Below, in pieces: positions 9,022-19,794 of a DNA stretch of 64,000 bases. The translations under genes were made by a program, and so were the position numbers. Every line of letters begins with the position of its first letter. The first letter of the stretch is position 1. The notes beneath the pieces are model-generated. The model saw only the letters and a program-made list of their open reading frames with translations, was not told the origin of the DNA and ran no database searches. This DNA is from a virus, in IMG/VR virus record IMGVR_UViG_3300048834_000128, positions 1 to 64,000 of that record; one strand, written 5' to 3'.

Positions 9022-9313
9022 GGTATTATTCTGCATTACAGTATTTGTGTCAGGGTTCTTCGTTGGGTCATTTATAGATGATATCATTAAAAAGGCAAAG
9101 AAAGACGTGCAAGATTCAAAGGCGGGAATCGAGGTATGGAGAGCAAAAGTCATTACGGAGACCGAAGTGATGGAATTTGCGTTTACTGAAGCGATTATTC
9201 AGTCAGACTCGACAACTGAGTTGTTCCTGCATGGGAATACAGTTGCCTTTATACCTAACAGATACCTTGTAATGGTAGAAAGATTTGAAAACAATTTAAA
9301 TACTAATGCTTAG
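9008..9313 (+). CDS. Hypothetical membrane protein
   Basis: ORF track; N-terminal TM. Confidence 0.65.
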   Translation: MTMVEVLFCITVFVSGFFVGSFIDDIIKKAKKDVQDSKAGIEVWRAKVITETEVMEFAFTEAIIQSDSTTELFLHGNTVAFIPNRYLVMVERFENNLNTNA

Positions 9314-9656
9314 AATAGTCAGAGTCACAAATCCTTTATTGCCCAATCCGATAGAGCAGGATGTGGTTCCGCAGGTATTCACCATCCGATACAACCCTAC
9401 CGACAGAGAACAGAAAAGAAGATTCGATAGGGAGGTCGAGAAGTGCATGGAACACCTGTTTGGAATCGAACTATCATTCACAAGGGCGTTGTTTGATCCG
9501 AACGCTGACAACTTCGTAGAGGACTACAACGATATGTACAAGGTGTGGAACGAGCAGTACACCAAGACCGCAAAATGGTTGAAGGAACATGGCAAACTGA
9601 AATTCATAGTTCCGAACGAAAGATATTTTATGAACGAATTTAAACCGAATATATGA
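9306..9656 (+). CDS. Hypothetical protein
   Basis: ORF track, coupled overlaps. Confidence 0.7.
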   Translation: MLRIVRVTNPLLPNPIEQDVVPQVFTIRYNPTDREQKRRFDREVEKCMEHLFGIELSFTRALFDPNADNFVEDYNDMYKVWNEQYTKTAKWLKEHGKLKFIVPNERYFMNEFKPNI

Positions 9657-10006
9657 AAATAGAAATTAGAGAATTAAAAATAGGTAATTGGGTTGAGGCG
9701 AGAAATGGATATGATAGCGAAGACTATTATGCACAAATTGACATAGATAGTTTTGGCGACAAAAGGTTTATTAATAATCTAAGAACCATCCCCTTCACTA
9801 CAGAATGGGCGGAACGATTCAACCTCATAGGGTCGGTCATCAACGGATTCTGCATAGCACCATCAGAATACAAAGGGCACGACTATGACCTCTGCCTTTA
9901 TGACGAACATACTTGGGATTCGGAACGTACCATACTATGCCCTATAAACTCCGTACACCATTGTCAGAACCTATTCTTAGACTTAGCAAACCATATACTT
10001 GAATAA
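9653..10006 (+). CDS. Bacteroidota-phage ELxIGN...VHxxQNL family protein (YopX-like)
   Basis: ELKIGNWV...SVHHCQNLFLDL; paralog at 28683. Confidence 0.65.
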   Translation: MKIEIRELKIGNWVEARNGYDSEDYYAQIDIDSFGDKRFINNLRTIPFTTEWAERFNLIGSVINGFCIAPSEYKGHDYDLCLYDEHTWDSERTILCPINSVHHCQNLFLDLANHILE

Positions 10007-10008
10007 TC

Positions 10009-10257
10009 ATGGAAAAAAAAGAAATAGAAAAATTAATAGCGGAGTCATTGGATAAAAGAAAACTTTATTCAATCCTCGAATTAACAAACAATAATCCTGG
10101 AAGAATGCCGCTAAGGATAATATCTGTACTAGGGTTCATTATATTGGCGACAATGCCAATGACGAAGTTTATGGTGGTAGCTGATGCCATGATATTGTAT
10201 ATTTATTACATGACTTGTGTTGCCGTCTGCGGAACTATATGGGTTGCATCACTATAA
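10009..10257 (+). CDS. Small two-TM protein
   Basis: Hydrophobic C-terminal half. Confidence 0.6.
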   Translation: MEKKEIEKLIAESLDKRKLYSILELTNNNPGRMPLRIISVLGFIILATMPMTKFMVVADAMILYIYYMTCVAVCGTIWVASL

Positions 10258-10280
10258 GAACAAATTAACCATATTTTAGA

Positions 10281-10562
10281 ATGAAATCAAAAACACGAAA
10301 AGAAAAAATAGAGTGCAGTTGTGGTCAGCATGTATTGTTGGTCACGCACGATGTTGATGTAAATTTCAACACATTAGGCGGCGAGTATGTTACAGAGGAA
10401 TACTACCTATCAATGTTTACCTATGGTTATGGTTGGAATAAAAAACCAAGTCTTAAATGGAGACTAAAGACCGCTTGGAATGTATTGACCAAAGGTACTA
10501 TGCACGAAGATTCCATCTGCATGACAACCGAGGAAGCAAAGAAACTTAAAGACTTTCTATGA
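10281..10562 (+). CDS. Hypothetical protein
   Basis: ORF track; CSCG and WRLKTAW motifs. Confidence 0.7.
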   Translation: MKSKTRKEKIECSCGQHVLLVTHDVDVNFNTLGGEYVTEEYYLSMFTYGYGWNKKPSLKWRLKTAWNVLTKGTMHEDSICMTTEEAKKLKDFL

Positions 10563-10852
10563 GCATAGAATACCTATCAGACGGAAAGAAATTCCTCATG
10601 TCCTATCAGGAACTAAAGGAACACCACTACCGAATCAGTTGTATGACAGACGAGGGGTTTCTCAATAATCTTACGGATGCACTGCACCTCGCCTGTTTCA
10701 TCTGCTACCTAAAGGAGATTCCTACATACGTCTGCCTTACAGACACGGGAATCATACACGAACTCGTACACCTATCAATATCCCCAGATACCGCAGTAAA
10801 CCAACTGCATGACATAAGGGAAATGTTTAATAAACTGCTTGAACTGAAATAA
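10559..10852 (+). CDS. Hypothetical protein
   Basis: ORF track; ATGA overlap. Confidence 0.7.
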   Translation: MSIEYLSDGKKFLMSYQELKEHHYRISCMTDEGFLNNLTDALHLACFICYLKEIPTYVCLTDTGIIHELVHLSISPDTAVNQLHDIREMFNKLLELK

Positions 10853-10859
10853 TAAAATA

Positions 10860-11168
10860 ATGAGTAAAATAATAAAAATGGTAAGAAAAGAAACCTATAG
10901 GGATATAGTGTTTAAGATATCGGTAGACCTCGATAAGAAAATTGACCAATGTTTCGATGCCTCTGGTAGCGATATTCGTAAGTGGAAAGAAGTGAGTCTT
11001 ATATTCTATAATGTAGGCATTTCGGATAGGGAGTCTTTCATGGAAATAAATGACGAAAATATCCTTAATCTAATCTCTGATGCAAAAAGAAGTATAGACC
11101 AAATGTTGGATGGATATGACCGAGTTATTGTCGATAAACTTGAAGAATTAGGATTTAATATCGCATGA
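10860..11168 (+). CDS. Hypothetical protein
   Basis: ORF track. Confidence 0.65.
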   Translation: MSKIIKMVRKETYRDIVFKISVDLDKKIDQCFDASGSDIRKWKEVSLIFYNVGISDRESFMEINDENILNLISDAKRSIDQMLDGYDRVIVDKLEELGFNIA

Positions 11169-11983
11169 CAATAAAACCTCTAAATAACAACGTACTGCTG
11201 AAAGTAACGCAGTCAAACGCAAAGATTAGACTATCCGAATCCACCGAACTATATGTGCCTTGGGGTAATGAAGCGGAACGTCACTCAGATGTCGTCTGTG
11301 AAGTAGTGGCAGTACCCGACCGACTCCGATACAAGGTGAAGGAACGCACTCCGAGAGGGCAGGGAGTCCCCGAAGAAGGTTCTATGGAATGGAAGACCGA
11401 AATGGAACTCCGTGTAGGAGATAGCGTCATAATTCACTATATGGCGTTCGTGTCTTCAATAAAGAAGGGCGACAAGATAGTGGAAATCGAAGGTGTGCAG
11501 CACTTCTTCTGCCCCTATGACCTCATCATCCTCGCCAAACGCAAATGGACTCCTACTGAAACAGACGCCTTCTGGAAGCAATACGACCAATCAACCACCA
11601 AATACATCACTCAGGAATGGATGAATCAGAAGTCAATCGTAATCGACGGAAAGGACATCTACAATGTAATCATGCTCAATGGAAACATATTGGTAAATCC
11701 GGTGGAGAAGGAAATTAAATCTACCAAACTCATTCTGCCGGACTCACTGACAAAGACCAACAAGAAACTCGTCAAGGCATGCTATGTAGGCAGCAATAAC
11801 CAGGAATACATGAACGGAGTATATGCCGACGCAGATGTTGAACCGAACGATACATTGATTATTGACAAGGATTGCAATGTTTTATTGCAACCCGAAGAAC
11901 ACAGAACATTCAATGGCAAACAAGAATATTGGTGGTTTTCTAAGGCGTTAGTACATGCAATCATAAGAAATCAGGAAATATGA
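11165..11983 (+). CDS. GroES-like co-chaperonin with two tandem GroES-like domains
   Basis: IKPLNNNVLLK...EVVAVP...LRVGDSVII; second unit LNGNILVNPVEKEIKSTKLILPDS...YVGS...VEPNDTLI. Confidence 0.7.
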   Translation: MTIKPLNNNVLLKVTQSNAKIRLSESTELYVPWGNEAERHSDVVCEVVAVPDRLRYKVKERTPRGQGVPEEGSMEWKTEMELRVGDSVIIHYMAFVSSIKKGDKIVEIEGVQHFFCPYDLIILAKRKWTPTETDAFWKQYDQSTTKYITQEWMNQKSIVIDGKDIYNVIMLNGNILVNPVEKEIKSTKLILPDSLTKTNKKLVKACYVGSNNQEYMNGVYADADVEPNDTLIIDKDCNVLLQPEEHRTFNGKQEYWWFSKALVHAIIRNQEI

Positions 11984-12291
11984 AACAATTAACACTCGCA
12001 CTCCTGCTGCTGACATTCGCGGTGGGCTGCAAAAAGGAACCCTATGAGAAGAAGATCCGAAAAGTCGAGATATCATTCTCCGAAAGCATCAAGTATAAGG
12101 CGTATATGTCGGGATGGACTCTGAATTGCTCGAAAGATACGAGGACATTGTACATGAAGTCGGGAGAATCGCTTATCTTCGACGTGACCACCTGCAATAC
12201 CCCCAACGTATCGGTAAAGGTCATGTGTGCGGGGAAGAACCTCTATGAGAGATACAACGGAACCCATAATGTTAATGTAACCATACCATGA
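11980..12291 (+). CDS. Lipoprotein
   Basis: Signal MKQLTLALLLLTFAVG-C. Confidence 0.7.
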   Translation: MKQLTLALLLLTFAVGCKKEPYEKKIRKVEISFSESIKYKAYMSGWTLNCSKDTRTLYMKSGESLIFDVTTCNTPNVSVKVMCAGKNLYERYNGTHNVNVTIP

Positions 12292-12518
12292 CATTCATAG
12301 AAGCAAGAGATAAATCATTGAAAGTGGAGTGGGAAGTTCTGCCGTGCCCGATGGGAGAGGATTGTTGGTGCAGGATAATAGCACCGAAGTCGCCTCTGAG
12401 ATACACCGAACATGGAATCAGTGAGAACTACTTCATAATCACAAGCGGTCAGATGGATACGGCAACCGCAGAACATTTGGTAAGGTTGCATAATGAAAGT
12501 TTAAATGTAAATGCTTAG
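12288..12518 (+). CDS. Hypothetical protein
   Basis: ORF track; CPMGEDCWC, AEHLVRLHN. Confidence 0.65.
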   Translation: MTFIEARDKSLKVEWEVLPCPMGEDCWCRIIAPKSPLRYTEHGISENYFIITSGQMDTATAEHLVRLHNESLNVNA

Positions 12519-12960
12519 ACAGAAAACCACCTCATCGACCTTCATAGAGTACAAACTCCAAGCAGCGATATGTAAGTATCTGCTATCTCAGTATCCTCAT
12601 GTCATGTTCTCGAGCGATACCATATCCAATGTTAAGTTGAGCGGACCACAAAAACTTCGCAACTCCAAACTTCAACACCCCGACTTCTCAGTTCCAGACC
12701 TTGCAATCTACCACCCTACCAATACATACCATGGTCTGTTTTTGGAACTCAAGGCGGCAAATCCATATACGTTGAGCGGAACTTTGAAGAAGATGATGAA
12801 GAAAAGATTGGATAGGAACGGAAACGTGATAGAGGTATATGACCATTACGCAGAGCAGGATAGGAGTCTTAGAAGATTGAGAAACCTCGGGTACAAGGCG
12901 GAGTTCTGTTGGGAACTCGATGACGCTATTAAGATTATTAAGGAATATTTGAAATCATGA
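12511..12960 (+). CDS. VRR-NUC / PD-(D/E)XK nuclease
   Basis: VPDLAIY...HGLFLELK...EQ...LRNLGYKAEFC. Confidence 0.85.
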   Translation: MLRQKTTSSTFIEYKLQAAICKYLLSQYPHVMFSSDTISNVKLSGPQKLRNSKLQHPDFSVPDLAIYHPTNTYHGLFLELKAANPYTLSGTLKKMMKKRLDRNGNVIEVYDHYAEQDRSLRRLRNLGYKAEFCWELDDAIKIIKEYLKS

Positions 12961-13121
12961 GAGAAAAATTAATTAAAAAACTTTGGAAACAGAGTAAATT
13001 CAAAACAAGTGCAATCTTAATACAAGGTATTGGCATATTGCAATTTCAATCATTTTGGGATAAAGAAAGACCTCAAAGGTTAAAGGAAATATTTAAAGAT
13101 TACAACTTAGCAGGATTTTAA
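12957..13121 (+). CDS. 54-aa hypothetical protein
   Basis: Manual: MREKLIKKLWKQSKFK...YNLAGF; overlaps both neighbours (ATGA, TAATG). Confidence 0.5.
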   Translation: MREKLIKKLWKQSKFKTSAILIQGIGILQFQSFWDKERPQRLKEIFKDYNLAGF

Positions 13122-13708
13122 TGCTATTCACCGACCTAAAGAAACTCGTATCAGACAATCCAGACAATGATTGGGAGGAACTCCACTCCTATGCCAAGAA
13201 GTTAGGTTTGGGTGGTCGTGGATGCGAATGTATGTCGGGAGAACTGCCCTACTATAATGTCGGATACAAGATGTATTCCAAGCAAATTCAAGCGGACTCT
13301 ATCCTCGTCATACCCAAACACAATCTTCTGATATATCTCAAGCACGGAAAGAAGCCCAAGATGAACGTCGTGCCAAACTACAAACTTCTGTTGGCAAGAA
13401 ACCATTTCAAGGAAACCGTGCGTGACATCGAAGCAATCAACGGAATAGAATACCCAAACGTCTACGAAAAATACGAAGGTTCCATGAGTAAGGTAAGCGT
13501 CAAGTGGTACAAGGATGAGGAGGAGTTCTATCTCGAGTTCTCCCAAAAGCACCCCGAAGGATACGGGTACTACAAGAACGGAGAAGTATCCAAGGATGTC
13601 CTCATACCCAAATTTACAAGGGAGTGGTTCTACTCCAAGGCAGTTCCCGTACCACATAAACAGGCGATGTCTTTGATATATCGAGAAAAAAACAAACCTT
13701 TGCGGTAG
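13121..13708 (+). CDS. Hypothetical protein
   Basis: ORF track. Confidence 0.7.
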   Translation: MLFTDLKKLVSDNPDNDWEELHSYAKKLGLGGRGCECMSGELPYYNVGYKMYSKQIQADSILVIPKHNLLIYLKHGKKPKMNVVPNYKLLLARNHFKETVRDIEAINGIEYPNVYEKYEGSMSKVSVKWYKDEEEFYLEFSQKHPEGYGYYKNGEVSKDVLIPKFTREWFYSKAVPVPHKQAMSLIYREKNKPLR

Positions 13709-13730
13709 ATAACCATTAAATAAAATATAT

Positions 13731-14102
13731 ATGACAGAAGAATTAGTATCACATCCGAACTTCCACCAAGCGTTTAGTATCGCTATCGTGTGTCACCAAG
13801 CAAATAAGGCATGGTGCGAACAAAACTCCGATAACTCCCAAAAGGATTGGGTAGAAGCGGAAGAGTGGCAAAGGGATTCTGCCGTTAAAGGGGTGTTGTT
13901 CAAGATGGACAACCCTAATGCAGGACATGACGCTCAGCACAATTCATGGATGGCTGAAAAAATCGCCGATGGATGGGTGTATGGAGAAACAAAGGATGCG
14001 GAAGCAAAAACCCACCCTTGTATCGTACCATTCGACCAATTGCCCTTATTTCAACAGAAGAAAGATGCACTATTCTGTGCTATCGTAGACGCTTTGAAAT
14101 AA
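13731..14102 (+). CDS. RyR-domain protein
   Basis: HNSWMAEKIADGWVYGETKDAEAKTHPCIVPFDQLPLFQQKKD. Confidence 0.85.
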   Translation: MTEELVSHPNFHQAFSIAIVCHQANKAWCEQNSDNSQKDWVEAEEWQRDSAVKGVLFKMDNPNAGHDAQHNSWMAEKIADGWVYGETKDAEAKTHPCIVPFDQLPLFQQKKDALFCAIVDALK

Positions 14103-14158
14103 CCCTCTACGTTGTGGGTGAATCACGTTAAACCCTCGTTTTTTTTCAAACAAACAAT

Positions 14159-14833
14159 ATGGAATTTACACCCGATGACTTCAAGCGGATGATGTTCAAC
14201 GTCTTTGAAGCGGATATGGACAAACCCTTCATACATCAGTTCCCCGAACTCGCACTCTACGATGAGTTCCGAGAAAACCTCCCTCAACTCGATAGAAATA
14301 CAATAATCAAATACATCTGCTATGTCTATGACAAGAACTCCCCTTACAGAGTAAAATACAAGGACTTGACCCAAAGGAAGGTTCGTGCCATGCTCGATGC
14401 GGGATACGGACTCAACGACAAGCAGGAGTTCGAGAAACCCGTAGAAGATGTCATCCAAGGAAGGGACTATAAAGCCGCAGACATGGCGGTAGCCTTCATC
14501 AAACTGCATTGTGACCTCGAATACTCACACGTGATACTTCTTGAAGCGATGTATTTCCGTGCAATGAAGAATGTCTTTTTAGGCAACTCTGAGAAAATCA
14601 AGGAACTCAACGAAATCAAGGAATCATACACCAAGGCTCAGAACGACCTCGTTTCCAACGACCAAACCAAGGCAATGATGCAGTCGCTCTACAAATCCAT
14701 CAATCGGGACAGGATAAAACTATCTCCCGAAGATATCGCCACCTCAATAAAGGACAAAGGCGTGGAAACTACCGTAGCGGAACTGAGCGATGACGAATTT
14801 GAAGCAATGGATATGCCCGAAGATGATGAATAA
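14159..14833 (+). CDS. Probable terminase small subunit / packaging-associated protein
   Basis: Directly upstream of and overlapping TerL; helical; YICYVYDKNSPY motif. Confidence 0.4.
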   Translation: MEFTPDDFKRMMFNVFEADMDKPFIHQFPELALYDEFRENLPQLDRNTIIKYICYVYDKNSPYRVKYKDLTQRKVRAMLDAGYGLNDKQEFEKPVEDVIQGRDYKAADMAVAFIKLHCDLEYSHVILLEAMYFRAMKNVFLGNSEKIKELNEIKESYTKAQNDLVSNDQTKAMMQSLYKSINRDRIKLSPEDIATSIKDKGVETTVAELSDDEFEAMDMPEDDE

Positions 14834-17012
14834 CAAGGATATCAAGTACAAGAACATTCCCAAGTCGATACTCCTTCAATATTCTGACGGAGAAACATTC
14901 ATAGACTTCAATCTCGAAGACCCCGACCTCGATACCATCAGAGTCCCCCTGCCTAAAACACCACGTTGGGATAAGATTGACAACTTCGGACTACCTGCCG
15001 TCGAGCAGAAATTCAACATTCAGCAGATTCCGGCAAAGATTATAGAACTGCAGGAGGAACAGAACGAAAAAGGAGAATTTCTCACCCAGGAGGAGATTTG
15101 GGATAAGATTGAAACCAACATCGACTATTACAAGGATGAAATCAAGTACATAAAGGCTCAGTGGAAACACATACTTGAAGGATATTGGTTCTTTAACAAC
15201 GGAAAGGCGACCTATATCGACGGGTGGCACTATGCCTATCTAAACTTCTTTGAACTCGATATCGGACTGCCTGAGTACCGTGACCGTGACAGACGATTCT
15301 TTCACTTTGCGAGATTCTGCAAACTCGACCCTTCATGCTTCGGATTCATATACCCCAAACACCGACGTGAAGGGGCTACCTATAAGACGAGTTGCATACA
15401 CTACTTCATCATCAGCCTACTCATAAGGGCGAGGGGCGGTATTCAATCCATGACGGACGATAGCGGACGTGACGTATTTCAGAAGCACGTTATTGATCCG
15501 TGGAGTCAGATGCCGTTCTTCCTAAAGCCGAATCATGACGGAGGTGACAACCCGAAAGCAAAACTCAGGTTCTATCCATCGGCTTCAAGAGGTAAGATTG
15601 GAATAAAGAGAAGGTCGAACAAGTCATTGAGAAGTGAGATTGAGTATCGTGCCAGTGGCGAACTTGCATTTGACGGAACAAAATTATTCTTCTACCACCA
15701 TGAGGAGGTCGGCAAAACCAAAGATGTAGACATCAATAAGCGTTGGGAGGTCGTACAACTGACCCTATCCACGGGAGGAAACTCAAAGGTTCACGGGTTC
15801 TCGATACATACTTCTACCGTCGGAGAAATGGATGCGGGAGGCGGTCAGCAGTTCCGAGAACTATGCGACTCAAGCATGTGGGGACAACGGAACGCAAACG
15901 GACAGACCGCTTCTGGACTCTATATCCTATTCATACCTGCATGGGACGGACTTGAAGGATTTGTCGACGAATATGGAATGTCCGTAATAGATACCCCTAC
16001 TCAGCAGCAGTCGGACTTCATAGGGAAGAAAATCGGTGCAAGACAATTCATAGAGAACACCCTTGAACACTTGAAGACACTCCCTAAGAAAGACAAACTG
16101 CTTCAGTTCCAACGTGAACACCCGACGACTTTCAGAGGGTGTTTCAGGTCGAACATCAAGTCACCATTCTTCAATATGCAGAAACTTGAGGAACGCATGG
16201 ACGAACTCAGGGTTGACAGAACCGCCGTAATCCACGGGGATTTCAAATGGAAGAACGGAGTAAGGTTCGGAACGGTCATATTTGAAGAACACGAAAATGG
16301 CAGGTTCAGATTATCTAAACGACTCGACTCGTCGGAATCAAACAAGATTACATGGGACTCATCACTTGAGAGTTGGACAGCCCACAACGTCTACTATTGT
16401 GCAGGTGCCGACCCATATCGTTCAGACAAAACCAAGAGCTCCAAGCAGTCATTGGGAGGAGGTGCGGTCTATTGGGGGCACGATATAAGAAAAGACCCTT
16501 TCGAGAAACCGATTGATGATTGGGAGTCGGCAAGATTCATTTGCACCTACCTTTACAGACCTCCCACTACCGACGACTTCTGTGAGGATATGCTCATGAT
16601 GTGCTGGTACTACGGATGCCCGATGTATCCCGAAACCAACGTCGAGAAGGTAAGGGAGTACTTCACAAGGAACGATTGCGAGTTCATGCTCGTACACCAA
16701 TACAAGAAAGGCAAATACGACGAGCAAGGTGGTCAGCAGACCGATGAAAGAACCAAACAGAGGATATTTCAACTTCTTCAGATACAAGTGGAAAGGCACT
16801 GCCATAGGGAACGTCACAACGACCTTCTCAATCAGATTTACGAGATTAAGGGAGTAGACGACATGACTAACTATGACCTATTTACCGCAGCAGGTTATGC
16901 AATGCTCGGGGCGGACAACTATCTCGACGACCTTAACAAGGAAGTGCAGAATACCAAACCCGACGGAGGTAATCCAATGCAGGACTACTACGGAAGGTTT
17001 TTCGGCAAGTAA
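14823..17012 (+). CDS. terL: Terminase large subunit (crAss-like type)
   Basis: Walker A-like KHRREGAT, Walker B FYHHEEVGK, nuclease AGADPY...YPETN...YDL; start likely 14823/14826. Confidence 0.9.
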   Translation: MMNNKDIKYKNIPKSILLQYSDGETFIDFNLEDPDLDTIRVPLPKTPRWDKIDNFGLPAVEQKFNIQQIPAKIIELQEEQNEKGEFLTQEEIWDKIETNIDYYKDEIKYIKAQWKHILEGYWFFNNGKATYIDGWHYAYLNFFELDIGLPEYRDRDRRFFHFARFCKLDPSCFGFIYPKHRREGATYKTSCIHYFIISLLIRARGGIQSMTDDSGRDVFQKHVIDPWSQMPFFLKPNHDGGDNPKAKLRFYPSASRGKIGIKRRSNKSLRSEIEYRASGELAFDGTKLFFYHHEEVGKTKDVDINKRWEVVQLTLSTGGNSKVHGFSIHTSTVGEMDAGGGQQFRELCDSSMWGQRNANGQTASGLYILFIPAWDGLEGFVDEYGMSVIDTPTQQQSDFIGKKIGARQFIENTLEHLKTLPKKDKLLQFQREHPTTFRGCFRSNIKSPFFNMQKLEERMDELRVDRTAVIHGDFKWKNGVRFGTVIFEEHENGRFRLSKRLDSSESNKITWDSSLESWTAHNVYYCAGADPYRSDKTKSSKQSLGGGAVYWGHDIRKDPFEKPIDDWESARFICTYLYRPPTTDDFCEDMLMMCWYYGCPMYPETNVEKVREYFTRNDCEFMLVHQYKKGKYDEQGGQQTDERTKQRIFQLLQIQVERHCHRERHNDLLNQIYEIKGVDDMTNYDLFTAAGYAMLGADNYLDDLNKEVQNTKPDGGNPMQDYYGRFFGK

Positions 17013-17040
17013 CAACATACCGACGTAAACCTTAACTTTG
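17011..17040 (+). promoter_or_regulatory. Late promoter AACAAC-N16-TAACTTTG (portal)
   Basis: Same spacing as six other copies. Confidence 0.75.
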
Positions 17041-17059
17041 TAGCAATTCATATCTGACG

Positions 17060-19555
17060 ATGAACCTTAATGCACCAACTGCCGACGGACAAGGCATATA
17101 CGGATTTCCGAGACACGACGTTCCTCCCGCAACCAAACTCAAGAAGGAATGGAATATCCAATACTGCCAAGCGATACATTACCTTTATAGGAACGGACTT
17201 GCGGGGATAAACTTCTCCGATGTAAACCTTTTCGCACGTTACAGACAATACGGAAGCGGTGTGCAGGACCCCTATCAGTACATGGACCGACTCGGTATCA
17301 ATCACCCAAGCGTGCCGACACTGCCCAATCAGCAGACCGTCGCACAAGGTGAATTAGGTCCTGGAAGTCAGCCTTCCGACCACGCAAGAAAGGGTTGGAT
17401 GGACATTAACTTTGAAATCCTATCGGTAGCACCCAACTTCAAGAACATAGTACTCGGAATGTTCGAGGAAATCGAACATGACATTTACGCTGACGGAGTT
17501 GATGACAAGTCTTCTACCGAACGTGAGATGATGAAATGGGCGTTATGGGTAGAGAAGGAGATGCAGGGATATATGGCACAGATGGAGGAAGCGGCGGATA
17601 TCAAGATACCGAGGTCAAACTATGTGCCCGAAACCATGCAGGAACTTGAAATGTTCTCCTCACTCGGAGGATTCAAACTCAGAAGCGAGATAAGCATTGA
17701 AGCGGCAATCAAGTACACCATGGATATTTCCGAAATGAAGGAGATAAAGCGTAAGGTCATTCAGGACTTATTTGAACTCGGAGTCGCATGCACAAAGGAC
17801 TATCTCGACCCCGACACTCAGAAAGTCAAGGTGAGATACTGCGACCCCGCACTCATGGTTCTTCCATACACCAATCAGGATGAATTTACAAACATGCCGT
17901 TCGCAGGGGAGTACACCTTCTATACCATCGCTCAGATGCGTTCGCTCGTGGACGAGAACGGAAAGCAATGTTTCACAAACGACGAACTTGAGATAATCGC
18001 AAAAAGCGTACTCAATCAGTTCTCAAATCCTCAGACATTCTCGAACTGGACCATAGACCCCGTTACGGGATGGTATCTTTGGGATAATTTCAGGGTATGC
18101 GTACTTGACTGCGAGTTCAAATCCGATGACTACAAATACATTACCGAACGTGTAAACAATGAGGGCGAAACCGTCGTACATGAAGACGAGTTCGGACGTG
18201 TCAAGAATAGCGACAAACGCAAGACCCACGTCACCAAGACCCTAATGGTCTACAAATGCAAGTGGATAGTGGGTACGGTATATGCTTGGGATTACGGACA
18301 TCAGTTCAACGTGCCAAGACCTACGCCTTCTCAGGCAAACCTTAGTTTCCACGCCTACAAGATGAAGGCAGGTTCCTATGTCAAGAGAATGATTCCGCTA
18401 TTGGATTCGATTCAACTTGCATGGTTGAGACTTCAGAACCTTATCGCCAAGGCAGCACCTCCCGGACTTGCAATCGAGGTAGGTTCACTCAATAACGTGA
18501 CGGTCGGAAATCAGAAACTCAATACCCTTGACATTCTAAAAATCAGATCCATTACCGGAGATTTGCTATATCAGGTCGGAACCCACAGGTCATATATGCC
18601 GACCGCCACCAATTACAAACCTATTCAGGAGTTGCAGGGTGGGGTAGGAGGACAGATGCAGGAGATTTTCTTCCTTATCAACTCAAATATCGAGATGATT
18701 AGGCAGATTATCGGAATAAACAGGGTTGCCGACGGAAGTTCACCGACTGCCGACCAATTGGTAGGGGTAACGGAACTTTCTATGCAGGCTGCACAGAACA
18801 CCCTCAAACCGTTATATTATTCGTATCTCACAATTAAAGAGAGGTTGTGCCGAAATGTTGCACAGAGAATACAACTGATTGTCAAACACAACGGAATGTA
18901 TGAATTGTCCTATTATAAGGCGTTGGGTAAGAATATTACCGAAACGCTCAAGATAGGTGCCGAGGTCAACAATGCCATGTTTGGAATAAGGATAGAGGCA
19001 AGACCCGACGCAGGGGAGAAGCAAATCATACTTCAGGCTGCACAACAGGCGATGTCGGTTGGTAGGCAAGGTGTCCCGATGATAAGCATGAGTGACTATC
19101 TTATGATAAACTCATTTTTGCAGAGAGGGATGCTCAAATTCGCACAGGCATACCTTGCCCATAAGGAACAGCAGACAATCAAACGTCAGGAAGAACAGCA
19201 ACAGGCGGCAATCGAAGCACAGGGTCAGCAGAACATGATGCTTGAACAGACAAAGGCACAGCAACAGCAGCAGTTAATAGAATTGCAGAATAATCAGCTG
19301 ATGTTACAGGAGAATGAGAAACGCAAGACTCTGATGCTCCAGGAAGAAGAAAAGCGGAAGACAATCCAATTACAAGGTAGTCTAAAGATGAATGAAATCC
19401 GACTGACCAAAGGGCTGGACCTTGAGAACGACATCATCACAAAAGGAATGGAAATCGAGCAGCAGGACAAGGAACTTGAGGTTCACGAAGAACTTGAGGA
19501 GAAGAAAATCAAGGCTATAAAGGATAAACCGACACCAACAACACCAAAGAAATGA
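17060..19555 (+). CDS. Portal protein (crAss-like)
   Basis: 831 aa following TerL; KVRYCDP, IRQIIGINRVADGS motifs; Q-rich coiled-coil C-terminus. Confidence 0.85.
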   Translation: MNLNAPTADGQGIYGFPRHDVPPATKLKKEWNIQYCQAIHYLYRNGLAGINFSDVNLFARYRQYGSGVQDPYQYMDRLGINHPSVPTLPNQQTVAQGELGPGSQPSDHARKGWMDINFEILSVAPNFKNIVLGMFEEIEHDIYADGVDDKSSTEREMMKWALWVEKEMQGYMAQMEEAADIKIPRSNYVPETMQELEMFSSLGGFKLRSEISIEAAIKYTMDISEMKEIKRKVIQDLFELGVACTKDYLDPDTQKVKVRYCDPALMVLPYTNQDEFTNMPFAGEYTFYTIAQMRSLVDENGKQCFTNDELEIIAKSVLNQFSNPQTFSNWTIDPVTGWYLWDNFRVCVLDCEFKSDDYKYITERVNNEGETVVHEDEFGRVKNSDKRKTHVTKTLMVYKCKWIVGTVYAWDYGHQFNVPRPTPSQANLSFHAYKMKAGSYVKRMIPLLDSIQLAWLRLQNLIAKAAPPGLAIEVGSLNNVTVGNQKLNTLDILKIRSITGDLLYQVGTHRSYMPTATNYKPIQELQGGVGGQMQEIFFLINSNIEMIRQIIGINRVADGSSPTADQLVGVTELSMQAAQNTLKPLYYSYLTIKERLCRNVAQRIQLIVKHNGMYELSYYKALGKNITETLKIGAEVNNAMFGIRIEARPDAGEKQIILQAAQQAMSVGRQGVPMISMSDYLMINSFLQRGMLKFAQAYLAHKEQQTIKRQEEQQQAAIEAQGQQNMMLEQTKAQQQQQLIELQNNQLMLQENEKRKTLMLQEEEKRKTIQLQGSLKMNEIRLTKGLDLENDIITKGMEIEQQDKELEVHEELEEKKIKAIKDKPTPTTPKK

Positions 19556-19758
19556 AGCATATAATCACCATTGCGGACAAGATTCGCGAAAACGGACACC
19601 AGATAGTCGTGTCTAAGAAAGAGAAGGAGGTAAGACTCTATCTCGGGAATGATAAGAAGCAGGTCATATTATCGGTAGAAGGGGAACTCACCACCGAACA
19701 GAAGGAAGCACTTCACTATTATTTAGTCACCAATCTGAACCCTGCAAAAGAAAGTTAG
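19552..19758 (+). CDS. Hypothetical protein
   Basis: ATGA overlap with portal. Confidence 0.6.
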   Translation: MKHIITIADKIRENGHQIVVSKKEKEVRLYLGNDKKQVILSVEGELTTEQKEALHYYLVTNLNPAKES

Positions 19759-19794
19759 AACAGTTCTTACTTGTGTATTTATAAAGTGTGTACT

